Source: Azolla caroliniana (Eukaryota > Plantae > Polypodiophyta). From it: a DNA stretch of 64,000 nucleotides. Below the pieces are notes generated by a model. The model saw only the letters and a program-made list of their open reading frames with translations, had not been told where the DNA came from and did no database searches. The stretch is taken from positions 7,750,001 through 7,814,000 of the forward strand of contig JBHGNT010000021.1 in assembly GCA_043228905.1 (NCBI GenBank), given 5' to 3'. The position numbers were made by a program, and so were the translations under genes. Shown piece by piece: positions 1 through 11,542 of the stretch (within the stretch, counting starts at the first letter, position 1; every line of letters starts with the position of its first letter).

Positions 1-39
1 AATATAATTTCCGCATAGTGTGCAACCTACACTACGACA

Positions 40-972
40 CTCGCCCCCTCCAAACCCGCACATCCTCCGGTATGTGCCGAAGTTCTTGTTCACCGGTTGC
101 AAGTCTTGGATGAATCGGAGTGACCCATTCTTCTTCGGAACCGTAAACCATCGATTTGAGTACGGAGCACTCGATGGCTCTAGAATCCCCATCGCCACCT
201 TCTCCTTGAGTAAGTCGATGACTTTCGGAATATGCGCCCGTGGCACCGGAATCGGCTTCAGGTTCCACGGTACATGATCAATCGTAAAAATCACCATCGG
301 CTCCACTATCTTTGGATCAATGCATCCGATCTCCGTCGATGTGAACGCGAATGCTTTGCCGTGTTGCTCCAACATCTCTCGAAACCGTTTTTCTTCTTCT
401 TGTAAGAGGAACCCACCTCCACCGATCCGAAGTTTCTTCCGGGTCTCATCTGTGAAGGCATGTCCGATATCCACGGACTTCCGAAGTGTCAGATCTCCCG
501 AGACTTCTTTCTTCTTTTGTTCGCTATCGGCGGGTAGTGGTCCCGCGGCCGGTTTCACCTTCTTCTCCACGGTCTTGTATTTCGTACTTACCATTGCTTC
601 TTCTTTGCGGAGCGCACCCGGCCCCATTTTCGCAACGATCTCGTACATCTCGACCGATTCCACCGGGACTACCCGGTTCCCTTGGCTTTTATCTTCCGCA
701 AGCTCTTCAAGCCGTTGTAGTGTATTCCCATAGAACACTTCCTCGATCACTCCCACGATTTCTTCGTCTTCTTTTATTATTGATGCCGACCGTAACTTAT
801 CCTCCACTTGTCGGTATTGTTTCTTCATTCCTTCGGTTACGGCCGTGTACGTAGATGCCCCATCCGGGCCGATTCGTACTTGTTTTGCTCCGAGAGTTTT
901 CTTCCTGTGTGGGGTATCAGGGCTTCTCGGACTATCACTTCCCCACTCCGCAACAGTCCGCTTTAAAAATCC
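40..972 (-). pseudogene. pol: Truncated pol (RT N-terminal part), -1 frame relative to gag-PR
   Basis: Manual translation is open from GGATTTT (972) through HVPWNLKPIPVPRAH..SAPYSNRWFTVPKKNGSLRFIQDLQPVNK, then jumps at about 88 to the pre-PPT 3' sequence. The RT core, RNase H and integrase are absent. Confidence 0.85.
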
Positions 973-3002
973 ATTCTCACTTGGGACAAGAGTTCCCTCT
1001 TGTTCCTTTCGTGATTTGCCGGCACCGTTAGGAATTGGACGGATTTCCCTCCGTTTTGGCTCCGAATTCGCGCAAAAGCCGCACCACTATCGAGCACCTT
1101 CGTCTCCATCCGTGAAGCCGTGATAAAGGGTTGGCCGAGGATGACAGAATGTGAAACCTCATCCTGCACAAAGAAATTTTGGTCAATTTCGACATCCCCG
1201 ATCTTTACCGTCACATCCGGACAAGCCGCAAATAGGTCTTCTGTCGTTTTCGTGGCTGCCCGAATCTTCCATCCATGGTTGGTGTTTATAGGCCACTTCC
1301 CCTTTCGGTAGAACTCCTTGGACATCAAGTTGATCTCCGATCCGTGATCAATCAATGCTAGCACGGGTTCTTTGATGTTGCCGATTCGGACCGGAGTCTC
1401 CGTAGTCGCACGTGCCCAGTGTGGCCTTGTATAGTGGGAGTTCGGAATTTCGCCTTCCATTTCGGTGTCGTTCATTGAAACGGTATTTGCATTCACCCTT
1501 GGAGCATTTTCCTCCGTACTTTGTCTCTTCCTTTTCACGAGATCCACGAGAAGATCGTGAAACTCCTTCTTCGCTATTCCGAGTAGTTCCCGCAGCGAAA
1601 AATCTACCCGGCTATCCAAGATTCTTTCCTCGAACACTCTTTTCAAGTCGGTTTGTTGTTCTATGTCCGAGGCGAGCTTGAATGCCGGAGTCGCCTTTTC
1701 TTTTCCCTTACCTCCGGAGTTCCAGCTTTCCGGTATCTTCGATGGTCCGGCCACATCCTCCGTGCGCCGTCGTTTCTCGTCCACATACACCTCATGTAAT
1801 TGACACAGGGCGTATATGCTATTCTTGTCGACAGGGCACTCCCATCCCGTAGCTTCCCGGACGCCTTCCGCGGTGTTTCGGATATCGTTGGAGTCGGTTT
1901 TCTCGGTGTTTCCTAGCACCTCCGGCCAGAAAGACGCCTTCGCTCCCGATGACTCCCCGACACATATTCCCGCGGTTGTCGCATAGTTGCTTCTTGCCGC
2001 TAACTCCTCCTCGAGCACCTTCTTCATGCCGCCTTTCCGGAAGTTCGGTCGGAGTGGCTTCCGAGAGTCCATCGAATGAATCCGGTTTCCCTCGTAGTAG
2101 ATGAGATCCCGTCGTAGCGCCTCCTTATGGTCGTCGCAATCCCTCCGATCGTGTTCGGCGCTATCGCACCATATGCACCGTCGATCCGTATATTTGGAGC
2201 TTGTGGGGCGGTCATCCGACTTCTTCACCATCGCGATCTTTAGATTCTCCATCTCCTTCAGCAGCTGCTCCACCGTAGACGCGTCGACTCCCTTCTCGGC
2301 CGTAATCTCCCGAGCCCTCGGTTGATGGTCTTCCAGTCCCGTTCTCGGTTTCGGAATCGGTTCCGAAACCCTCTTTTCTTCGTTGGCAAGCCATTGCCCC
2401 CTCTTCGTGTACCGCGCGACGATATCCCGCACGCTTTCCCATGTTTCGGTGAGGCCACTTTCGGTGGTCGTGTCCTCAAGAAGCACTCCGAGATCTTTCC
2501 GGTCCCGGACGTCCACAGCTCGCAAAAACATGATGACTTTGTCCGGTGCAAGAATAGTTTGATCTCTCGCGGACAACCTCCCGAACCGACTTTCGAATGC
2601 CGAAAACACTTCGAGGACCTTCAGCCCCTTACCTGACGTTTCCACCCAATCCTCGAATCCCCTCCGCGTTGCCTTGGAGGAGTCCTCGATGGCAAACGTG
2701 GTCTTTAACGCCTCTTCGAATGCTTCCCACGTCGGATTTTGTTGTTGCAACCCGTGGATACTCCCTTGAAGCCCGTCGGTCGCCACCCGGTTAAAGGATG
2801 TCACTTGCAGTCCTTCCGAAGCCCGGCACCGGAGCATCTCCGCCTTGTAGTCCTGCAAATATCGCGACACATCCTTACCATTAAATTGCCCGTTGCGTTG
2901 CACGAGCCGCTCTACTGATGCCGAAATCTCCGACATCGTGCGTTGTTCTTGAAGCATCCGTTCGAACATCGCCATCATATTGTTAGCTTGTTGAGCCTCC
3001 AT
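963..3002 (-). CDS. gag: Gag-aspartic protease polyprotein (ORF track 963-3089; first ATG after the PBS is 3002)
   Basis: Uninterrupted ORF with zinc knuckle CIWCDSAEHDRRDC, protease motif LIDHGSEIN and ILGQPF. Confidence 0.88.
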   Translation of the reverse strand: MEAQQANNMMAMFERMLQEQRTMSEISASVERLVQRNGQFNGKDVSRYLQDYKAEMLRCRASEGLQVTSFNRVATDGLQGSIHGLQQQNPTWEAFEEALKTTFAIEDSSKATRRGFEDWVETSGKGLKVLEVFSAFESRFGRLSARDQTILAPDKVIMFLRAVDVRDRKDLGVLLEDTTTESGLTETWESVRDIVARYTKRGQWLANEEKRVSEPIPKPRTGLEDHQPRAREITAEKGVDASTVEQLLKEMENLKIAMVKKSDDRPTSSKYTDRRCIWCDSAEHDRRDCDDHKEALRRDLIYYEGNRIHSMDSRKPLRPNFRKGGMKKVLEEELAARSNYATTAGICVGESSGAKASFWPEVLGNTEKTDSNDIRNTAEGVREATGWECPVDKNSIYALCQLHEVYVDEKRRRTEDVAGPSKIPESWNSGGKGKEKATPAFKLASDIEQQTDLKRVFEERILDSRVDFSLRELLGIAKKEFHDLLVDLVKRKRQSTEENAPRVNANTVSMNDTEMEGEIPNSHYTRPHWARATTETPVRIGNIKEPVLALIDHGSEINLMSKEFYRKGKWPINTNHGWKIRAATKTTEDLFAACPDVTVKIGDVEIDQNFFVQDEVSHSVILGQPFITASRMETKVLDSGAAFARIRSQNGGKSVQFLTVPANHERNKRELLSQVRMDF

Positions 3003-3019
3003 CTGCTTGCCACCCGTCT

Positions 3020-3036
3020 TCACGTCGGGTTCACCA
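3020..3036 (-). promoter_or_regulatory. Primer-binding site complementary to the 3' end of plant tRNA-Trp
   Basis: TGGTGAACCCGACGTGA on the minus strand. Plant tRNA-Trp(CCA) ends ...TCACGTCGGGTTCACCA (recalled sequence). The same PBS is at 43646-43662 (-) and 45910-45926 (+), with a degenerate copy at 36621-36637. Confidence 0.85.
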
Positions 3037-3040
3037 ACTG

Positions 3041-3798
3041 TGTCGTGCCTTTCGGCTCCGGATCGTTGCGTGAGTCGGGTGGGAACCACAGAGGTCTTGG
3101 ACTAGGAGAAAGGAGTTCGTGAGATAGAGATTAATTATGAGTAAATAGCAAAGAGAAAGATAAGAAACTCGTGAATCACACGAGTATACTATATTAATTG
3201 GTACTTAGGGTGTTAAGAGAGAAGTAGATGTATAAATCGTGAATCCCACGAATAATTTTTCTATTGATTAATTCTTAATCCAAATAATCAACAACCCTTT
3301 ACATATTTCTCTCCTCCTTATATAAGGAAGGAAGAGCTAAGCATGGCTTCATGCTTTTTTATTTTTACAAAAAGTGTTCATGTCCACTAAATGTGCATGT
3401 GATGCTTTTTTATTTCCTAAGTATAGGGCTCATGCACGCTAGATGTGCATGAGTTATTTTTAGTGTCTCGTCTTTTTCATATATTAAAAAAATACACGAT
3501 TTACCTTTTAATAAAGGTATGCATAAATAAAGGTCTTATACGTATTAAATCTATATTTAAAACACTTAAGATAATTTAATGTAATGGTAAGGTTGGGGTT
3601 TGTCAACGTGGAGGTGCAGAGTTTGAATCACGCCCTGCGCAGTAGTGAGTATTTCCTTTTTTTTTACATTTATGTCTCTATGCCGTTTTTCCTCCTTGCC
3701 GGTATGCCGTTTTCTTCCGGTTCTCCCCGAGCACTCCATTCTCTATCCGGAGGGACAAAAATATAATTTCCGCATAGTGTGCAACCTACACTACGACA
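3041..3798 (-). repeat. 5' LTR of W1 (758 bp)
   Basis: TGTCGT...ACGACA termini, adjacent PBS, apparently identical to 5139-5896. Confidence 0.92.
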
Positions 3799-3871
3799 CC
3801 GCTTAGAGGAGGGTAAGTGAGCATACTATGCATTTGAGAATACATGCAATCTTGGAGATATTAAGTGCCTT

Positions 3872-5117
3872 ATGGTTTTGGATGTAGTTAAGGATAAAGA
3901 GAATTACCAAAAGCATTTGCATGAGTATAAAAGGCTTATTCAAAGAACGAGAAGAATATGGGAAGTTACTCAACAATTTATCCAAACGCAAGAGAAAGCA
4001 CATGCATGTGCTAAATTTTGGGGAAATCTAAAGGGGAAACATGTTGAGAGTTATGTTGACTTAACTCTTCACAACTTGTCTATGCATTGTAAGAATTTAT
4101 ATGAGTTATCTCTTGCTAGAAAGATGATGTGTTATGGTTTTGTTTCACATATGTCTCCCTTCTTTACAATTGAAGATATATGCATAGGACTTAAGAAATT
4201 GGCCTCTCGAAAGGTAATCGATCTTCAATGTATAGAGGCTCAAATGCTCAAATGGACGGGAAAAGAAGCATATGTATGGATACGCGATATGTTTAATGAT
4301 GCATTGCAACATGGTATGCCGTATGATTGGACAACAAATTGGATCAAACCGTTACATAAAGGTGGAGATGTAAATAATGTAAACAACTATCGAACCATCA
4401 TGGTTGGTTCATTAATGGCAAAACTATTTGGATGTATAATGGAATCAAAGGTAAGTGTATGGGCTGAAAAAAATGGTAAGAGAGCTTATGGACAAGCTGG
4501 CTTTCGAAAACACCATAGCACCGTTGATCACCTTGTCACCCTTCGAGTATTAATGTAGGAAAGTCGTCTTAGAGGTCAAGGTTTACATTGTTACTTTGTA
4601 GACATCAAGAAAGCTTTTTATATGGTACCTCGTGAGCATCTTCGGAGGCGAATGGAAGGACTTGAGGTGCCAAGTGAATATATGCTTGCAATTTCCCAAA
4701 TTTAAGGTTGTATGTTGTGCACGTATGAGAGATAGACTTTCAGATTTTTTCAATAGCACTATTGGTGTTAAGCAAAGATGCCCACTCTCAATAACACTAT
4801 TTGGTCTATGCATTGATGAATTGGAAGAAATGGTTACCAAGTTTGCAAAGGAAGAATGCATTGAAGAAGTTGCCATTGGGAATGTTGTGATTATGCTTCT
4901 GCTATATGCAAATGATGTAGTGTTTTTTGCAAATACTTTAGGAGATGCACAAGAGCTTATGAAGGCATCGGAAAAAAATTGCATGCATACTAAATTAAGT
5001 GTCAATATCTCTAAAACAAAGATTATGCTTGTGAAGAGCCAAAAAAGAGATAAACCATGCATTATGTACAACAATGAGCCACTTGAATGTGTGGAAAGCT
5101 TCAAATATCTTAGATGA
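3872..5117 (+). pseudogene. LINE reverse transcriptase, broken by stops and frameshifts
   Basis: ORFs 3872-4558 and 4632-5117 carry consecutive non-LTR RT motifs. Confidence 0.85.
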
Positions 5118-5138
5118 AATGAATGTGCTACACACCGC

Positions 5139-5896
5139 TGTCGTGCCTTTCGGCTCCGGATCGTTGCGTGAGTCGGGTGGGAACCACAGAGGTCTTGGAC
5201 TAGGAGAAAGGAGTTCGTGAGATAGAGATTAATTATGAGTAAATAGCAAAGAGAAAGATAAGAAACTCGTGAATCACACGAGTATACTATATTAATTGGT
5301 ACTTAGGGTGTTAAGAGAGAAGTAGATGTATAAATCGTGAATCCCACGAATAATTTTTCTATTGATTAATTCTTAATCCAAATAATCAACAACCCTTTAC
5401 ATATTTCTCTCCTCCTTATATAAGGAAGGAAGAGCTAAGCATGGCTTCATGCTTTTTTATTTTTACAAAAAGTGTTCATGTCCACTAAATGTGCATGTGA
5501 TGCTTTTTTATTTCCTAAGTATAGGGCTCATGCACGCTAGATGTGCATGAGTTATTTTTAGTGTCTCGTCTTTTTCATATATTAAAAAAATACACGATTT
5601 ACCTTTTAATAAAGGTATGCATAAATAAAGGTCTTATACGTATTAAATCTATATTTAAAACACTTAAGATAATTTAATGTAATGGTAAGGTTGGGGTTTG
5701 TCAACGTGGAGGTGCAGAGTTTGAATCACGCCCTGCGCAGTAGTGAGTATTTCCTTTTTTTTTACATTTATGTCTCTATGCCGTTTTTCCTCCTTGCCGG
5801 TATGCCGTTTTCTTCCGGTTCTCCCCGAGCACTCCATTCTCTATCCGGAGGGACAAAAATATAATTTCCGCATAGTGTGCAACCTACACTACGACA
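5139..5896 (-). mobile_element. Solo LTR of family W, 4-bp TSD CCGC
   Basis: CCGC at 5135-5138 and 5897-5900; LINE sequence is continuous across the insertion. Confidence 0.92.
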
Positions 5897-6799
5897 CCGC
5901 TTAGAGGAGGGTAAGTGAGCATACTATGCATTTGAGAATACATGCAATCTTGGAGATATTAAGTGTTGTGTCCTCAAGAAATATCTTTTCGATGACACCA
6001 GTTCTTCTCTATGGGGTGGAAGTATGGGATGATGGCATCCCTAAATCTACGTAATCTACGTGGACAGAGTTTGAAAATGTCCAAAAACATTTTCTTACAA
6101 AGTTTCTACAAGTTAAGAAACAAACGCTCTACACCCTCCTCTCCTTGAGATGGGATCGCTTCCCATTGAGATCAGGGCCATGGAAAGGGTTGTTGAATAC
6201 ATGCTTAAGGTTCAAAAAAGTCCCTCACATCGACTTCCTAGGATTGCATGGGAAGCAAGCAAAAAGATCCAAAAGACGCATAAAAGCAAAATTTTGTGTT
6301 TTGGCTGGATGCAAGATATAGAAAAATGGTTTGGTAGATGGGATGCGAGACACTTGCTTCATGATGCACCACTAGATTCCTCTATAAATGAGGCCTTTTT
6401 GCAATGCCAATGTATCATGACATGGGACAAATGTGGAGGCTCACGCTTCACACATTATACTACACATGTTGCACCTAACTACAAAACTATATTCTTTGTG
6501 GAATGGAGAAACCATACACATCGATACATGTTAGAGCCCATTCCGTTATCTGACATTTGAACCATTGCTTCCATGCGACTTAGCTCACATGCATTGTGAT
6601 GTGAGACAGGACGTTGGGGCACAAGTGATGAGAGTAGTCGGTTATGCACACTTTGCCCTAAACAAGTTTGTGAGTCTAAGTATCACACTTTGATACAACA
6701 CATGTATCATGTGAAATGTAATATGTTTGGTCTCATAGGTCATATTTGACCTCCGAAGAAGACAATATAATCTATCTATCTATCTATCTTTCTCTCTCT

Positions 6800-7490
6800 A
6801 GTAACCAAGCAAAATTATCCAAAAGATGCATGAAAGCAAATTTTTTTGTTCCGGTTGGATGCAAGATAAGGAAAAATGGTTTGGTAGATGGGATGCAACA
6901 AACTTACTTCATAATGCATCACGAGATTCCTCTGTAAATGAGGCCTTTTAGCAACGCTAGTGTATCATCACATGGGACAAATGTGGAGGCTCACGCTTCA
7001 CACATTATACTACAAATGTTGCACCTAACTACAAAACCATATTCTTTGCGGAATGGGGTAATCGTACACATTGATACATGTTAGAGACCATCTTGTTATT
7101 TGCCATCCATTGCTTCCATGCGACTTAGCTCACATGCATTGCAATGCGAGACGGTGGGGCCACAAGTGATGAGAGTGATTGGCTATGCACACTTTGCCCT
7201 AAACAAGTTCAAGAGTCTGAGTATCACACTTTGATACAATGCTTTGCCTTTGACAATATTCGACCATGCTTTCCATACATCTTTGACCAAGTCCAATCCT
7301 TGCATGAATTTTTCTCACAACCACAATGTGTACTCTCGATTGCAACATTCATTGGTAAAGTTCTTGAACATCAAGAGTCGCTACTAACTTTAACATGTAG
7401 CACATGAAATGTAATATTTTTGGTCTCATTGGTCATATTTGACCTCCGAAGACAATAATAGAATCTATATATCCATCCATCTATCTATCT
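6800..7490 (+). mobile_element. Second, 5'-truncated copy of the same LINE 3' end
   Basis: A diverged repeat of about 6255-6790, ending GACCTCCGAAGACAATAATAGAA plus an (ATCT)-like tail. Confidence 0.82.
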
Positions 7491-8523
7491 GCTATAAATA
7501 TGTCACTCTATGGGAGGAGTAGCCAACTGATCGGGTTGAGAGTCGATAGTCGATGACAAGGGGGAGTCGACATGGAGAGTTGACAATATACAAAGTGATC
7601 TAGGTCGAAGACACAACCGACTAGTCGGTCCGACTGGATGGTCGAAGACAAGGTAACTAGTCGGGCCGACTAGACAGTCGACACAAGAGTTGGCTAGTCG
7701 ACCAATTGATTGATTAACTATTACTGTTATTAATATAGTAATAGGAAGATAGTAGTAGAGGCTACTTTTGTAAATAGCTCATATAGTGTATAAGTATAAA
7801 TACACTTAGGGCAAACATAGATTAGAGTAGAATAGAAAGAAGTGAGTAGTGTAGTGTTCCTGTAGCGACTGAGTTGTTAAGAGAAGAGACAATGCGTGAT
7901 AGAGAGAGTGGTGCCATAACTGTGAGAGCTTAGACGTTAAGAGCCTTGCGTGGTTGATACACTCTGTGCAGACAGAGTGTTGTATATTGTCTCCTTTGTA
8001 TTCTCCATTGTATTGTTGATCTCTGTTCCCATGGTTTTCCCTGAATAGGGTTTCCACGTAAAACTTTGTATTTTATGCATTTGTTGTTTTCTGTTTCCGC
8101 GTTATTATGTATTTCACAGTCGGTCTTCCACACAAATCCAACAAACTGGTATCAGAGCTTGAGGTGCAAGCATAGAAGGAGGTGTGAGTGGCTTCCCAAG
8201 TATGATAGTTCTAAACTCTCAGAACTATGCAGACTGGAAGATAAAGATAGAAGACCTTCTCATAGTTAAAGATCTGTATGAGCCCATTGACAGAGTAGAA
8301 ATACCATGGGGGTGTTAAGAGTCTGAATGGAAACTTCTGAATAGAAAGGCGGTGTCAGTTGTTAGGGCTATATGAGAGGAAGAACGCCCTCAACAAAACA
8401 TCTTTGATGAGAAAGATCGTGAGGCTGAAATACTGGGACGGAAAAAGCGTTGGGGAGCACGTAAACACATTCATGGGGTATGTGAACCAACTTGCAACAA
8501 CCAAGTTTCCCTTGGAGGATGCA
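7490..8523 (+). mobile_element. Ty1/Copia 5' fragment (LTR about 7490-8143, tRNA-iMet PBS, degenerate gag)
   Basis: ...CCAACA then TGGTATCAGAGC at 8147-8158. Copia-gag-like remnants (WKIKIEDLLIVKDL; SLMRKIVRLKY). The left boundary is approximate. Confidence 0.75.
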
Positions 8524-11141
8524 TGTTGGCCAAAGTATGATCCGGAGGATAAATGTGGAATGCGACGAGTCGGATATGATAATTAGATTAATTAGTAATT
8601 AGGAATATTATAGGAACGGACGGATCCGGACCGATTGATAGCGGGTAGCCTGTAAGGCACCGTTCTATATTTCTAACTAGATGCCTATAAAAGAATCCAG
8701 GAATCGATGTATTGAACAGCGGAAGTAATACAATTTCAAGTTTTGATTTAAGATTATTGTGTTCCTTGTCTACTTGCCGTGCTGTGCTTTCATTCTCTAT
8801 CTTATGCATGGTTTAATTAAATGGTTGCTTATTATGAATCCGGAATGTATTCGGAATCAGTCGGATTAGAATCGGATCTGTGTCGGATAACATCATTCCC
8901 TTAACCACCCTTTGGTGAAGTGTTCTGGAAGGACACCTTGTGTTTGTTGCTAGTCCAGCCCAGGATAAACACAGTTTTGGCGACCACGATTCTTGGAAAA
9001 GTGTAGTGAACAATAGGGAATGGATGACTAGACCGACGAACGACCCAGTTGCCGAATGAGCGAGAAGACTAGCCGAGAGACTGCGGAAGTGAGAGGTCTA
9101 CCAACAGGTGGCCGAGCAGATCTAGCAGGACTGGTCTTTTTCGAGAGAGATTCGGCGGGTCGCAGAGGAGTCGCTCCGGGTACAGAATCAACGACATTCA
9201 GATGAAGGAACCAGAGGAACCAGAGGACAACACTCCAGAGGAACTAGAGGACAACGGTTTGGAGCATATGCGGACACCAAAATCGGAAACGATGTTACCA
9301 ACACTGCCAGAAAATGAGAGGAATCCGGAACAACAAACTGAGAGGACGAACAATCGAGTACAAACACCACCACTGGACTGGAAATCGGAGAAAAAGGACA
9401 ATCGGGTACTGACACCACCCCCCGGAACAACCTTTAGACGACGACACCATGCCATACCCATACCGGAAATATCGGGACCCTGATGCAGAGGCACACGTCT
9501 ATGCCTTCTTACAGACATGGGAAGCTAACCATGTCTCGCAATGATTGACACAAGCAGAGGTCGATCATTCAAAAATCGCCAAGTTCGGAATGACCTTGGA
9601 AGGACCAGTAACGAGGTGGCATGCAAAGCATCTTCCCGGTAGCTTTGCTACATTCGATGCCCTGAAGGAAAAGAATTTGCGACTGTTTCACCGACAGGTG
9701 GAACAAAAGGAGCTGGTCGGACAATTTTACACGACCTATCAGGAACCTAACGAAACGGTTCCACAATTCATCATTTGCTTCCAAACGCTGCAAAACCAAT
9801 TGTCCAGAGCACCCCCGGAGGATTAGGCGAAAGCAGTATTTTTGGCTGCGCTCCGGGAGCCTCTCCGAACAATGCTAACAATGCTGGATTTCCGGACCAG
9901 CATTATTGATCAAGTTATCGACCGTGTGTTGGAAATTGATAAGAACAATAATTACATGTCCATGGGGACTATCCAACGAGCGCTTGCTAAAGAGGAGGAT
10001 CTACGATTCCGCCAAGCAGTTGAATGCACAACATGCCTCAACCCCGAACACTCCAGGTTAGAATGCACAATGCGGACACAATGCATGTTGTGCCACTCCC
10101 GGTCACACACTATGGACCGGTGTGAGTACAATTTGTTAAATCAGCAAGCGGCACCGGTTCGACATATTGAGCCCCAAAGTGAACAATGACACCGGATGAG
10201 GAACGGATCCGAAGGGATGAACGATACTAACTAGAATGCGGTGACCGGTATGAGAATGTTACCTGTATAGGTGTACGTGAGGGTTAAGGTGTAATGTGTA
10301 TGGTGTGTAATGTGTAATATGAATGAGTGTGTGAGGATGAGTATGTGTATGAACACATGCACATTTGTGTGCATGTGTACAAATGTGAGAAAGTGGGTAA
10401 GTAATGTAACTCCCTACTTGCCTCATTCTTTATTTGTAACGGTTTACCTCTTGTACTATATAAACCCCTTATGGGGTATGTAATGGATAATGATATAGCT
10501 TTTTCTCCTCTCATTTTGGTGTCATTTCTTATTCTCTCTCTCTCCATCGTAACCTCCTTGGGAGGGGGGTGAAGCCATTCTAGGCTTCACCGCACCCATT
10601 AACAAAGGATAGATGAAGAGACGTCTACGACCGGGATCGCTACGAGCGCGATTACTCCCCATATTATGACTGACGAAGGGATGATAGAAGGTACCCAGAA
10701 CGATGAGCCTACCCAGACCAGGACAGACAAAAACCAGAATGCCAAAGGCAACCACAATCACCGACGCAATCAGAACTATAGGAGGAATTTTCGCTGAGAT
10801 GAGTGTCATGCATAGGCCCGGGAATACCGTTGGGAGCCGGATATAAACACGGCCGCCACACAATCGGAGCAGAGGATGTCGGAAGAGAACAACGTGATGA
10901 ATTCCGATATGTAGACGGGTAGTACGGAAAAAGGGGAATCAAGCAACATCCGAAAAGTGTACTACTACTATTGTCGAAAGGACGATGATTATAGCAGTCA
11001 GTGCCTGGTCAAGGCTAACGAGAAACAATTGGCAATAAACATGGTGACCGCGGAAGTTACGGACGTCCAACAAGTTACCACTAGGTCCAAAGGGAAAGCT
11101 GCAGAGTGGGAGACTAAGGAGGCCATCCAAAAGTAGGCTAC
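8524..11141 (+). mobile_element. Degenerate Gypsy 5' fragment (LTR about 8524-8973, putative tRNA-Arg PBS, gag with two zinc knuckles)
   Basis: TGTTGG start; TGGCGACCAC at 8978-8987; retrotrans_gag-like ORF 9545-9826; CTTCLNPEHSRLEC and CMLCHSRSHTMDRC in 9842-10189. Confidence 0.7.
10257..10604. mobile_element. Solo-LTR-like insertion in gag
   Basis: TGTTA...TAACA termini, AT/GT-rich, TATA-like motif, interrupts gag-like sequence. No clear TSD. Confidence 0.45.
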
Positions 11142-11493
11142 TATCCTGATGACACTTACATACGATTTGGGTTTACAAAGAACCGAACCCACAACCTTGT
11201 TATATACATGCCGTGTTCTAGAATATTCAAGAGTGCTCTATTGTCTAGAACGTTCTAGAATATTCTAGCATAATCTTTATTCTAAGATTTTCTAGAATAC
11301 CCTATTAAGACTTATAAATATGCATCTAATAATAAGGGATGAACTAATTTGGTTCAACGCCATTCTAGAGCTCCCTTGTTGTTTATTGTATTCCATCTTC
11401 TAGTGCAATACATTATCTTTACAATATACTCTCTCTCTCTCTCTCTCAGTCTTGACAATATCTTCTAGTGCGATACATTATCTTTACAATATA

Positions 11494-11542
<49 letters not shown>

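Larger units (their letters stand above)
1..3798 (-). mobile_element. Family-W Ty3/Gypsy element W1, non-autonomous (gag-PR intact, pol deleted after the RT N-terminus); its 3' LTR runs off the left edge
   Basis: 5' LTR 3041-3798, tRNA-Trp PBS 3020-3036, PPT GGAGGGGGCGAG 40-51. Bases 1-39 match the end of the 3041-3798 LTR. Confidence 0.9.
3868..6790 (+). mobile_element. RTE/RTEX-like LINE, degenerate ORF2 and 3' end, interrupted by a solo LTR
   Basis: Non-LTR RT motifs IKPLHKGG..NNYRTI, QAGFR, GVKQxCPLS and LLYANDVV. The C-terminus reads RLSSHAL..ETGRW..RLCTLC. (TCTA)n tail at 6771-6789. Confidence 0.85.

Noticed and set aside
320-2794. Numerous antisense and overlapping ORFs in the track (here and throughout)
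   Set aside because: They are shadows of retrotransposon coding strands with no independent motifs.
3041-3090. Ribozyme-like structure at the W LTR end (GCC-GAAA-GGC tetraloop on the element strand)
   Set aside because: No hammerhead CUGAnGA core was found nearby; only a small hairpin is supportable.
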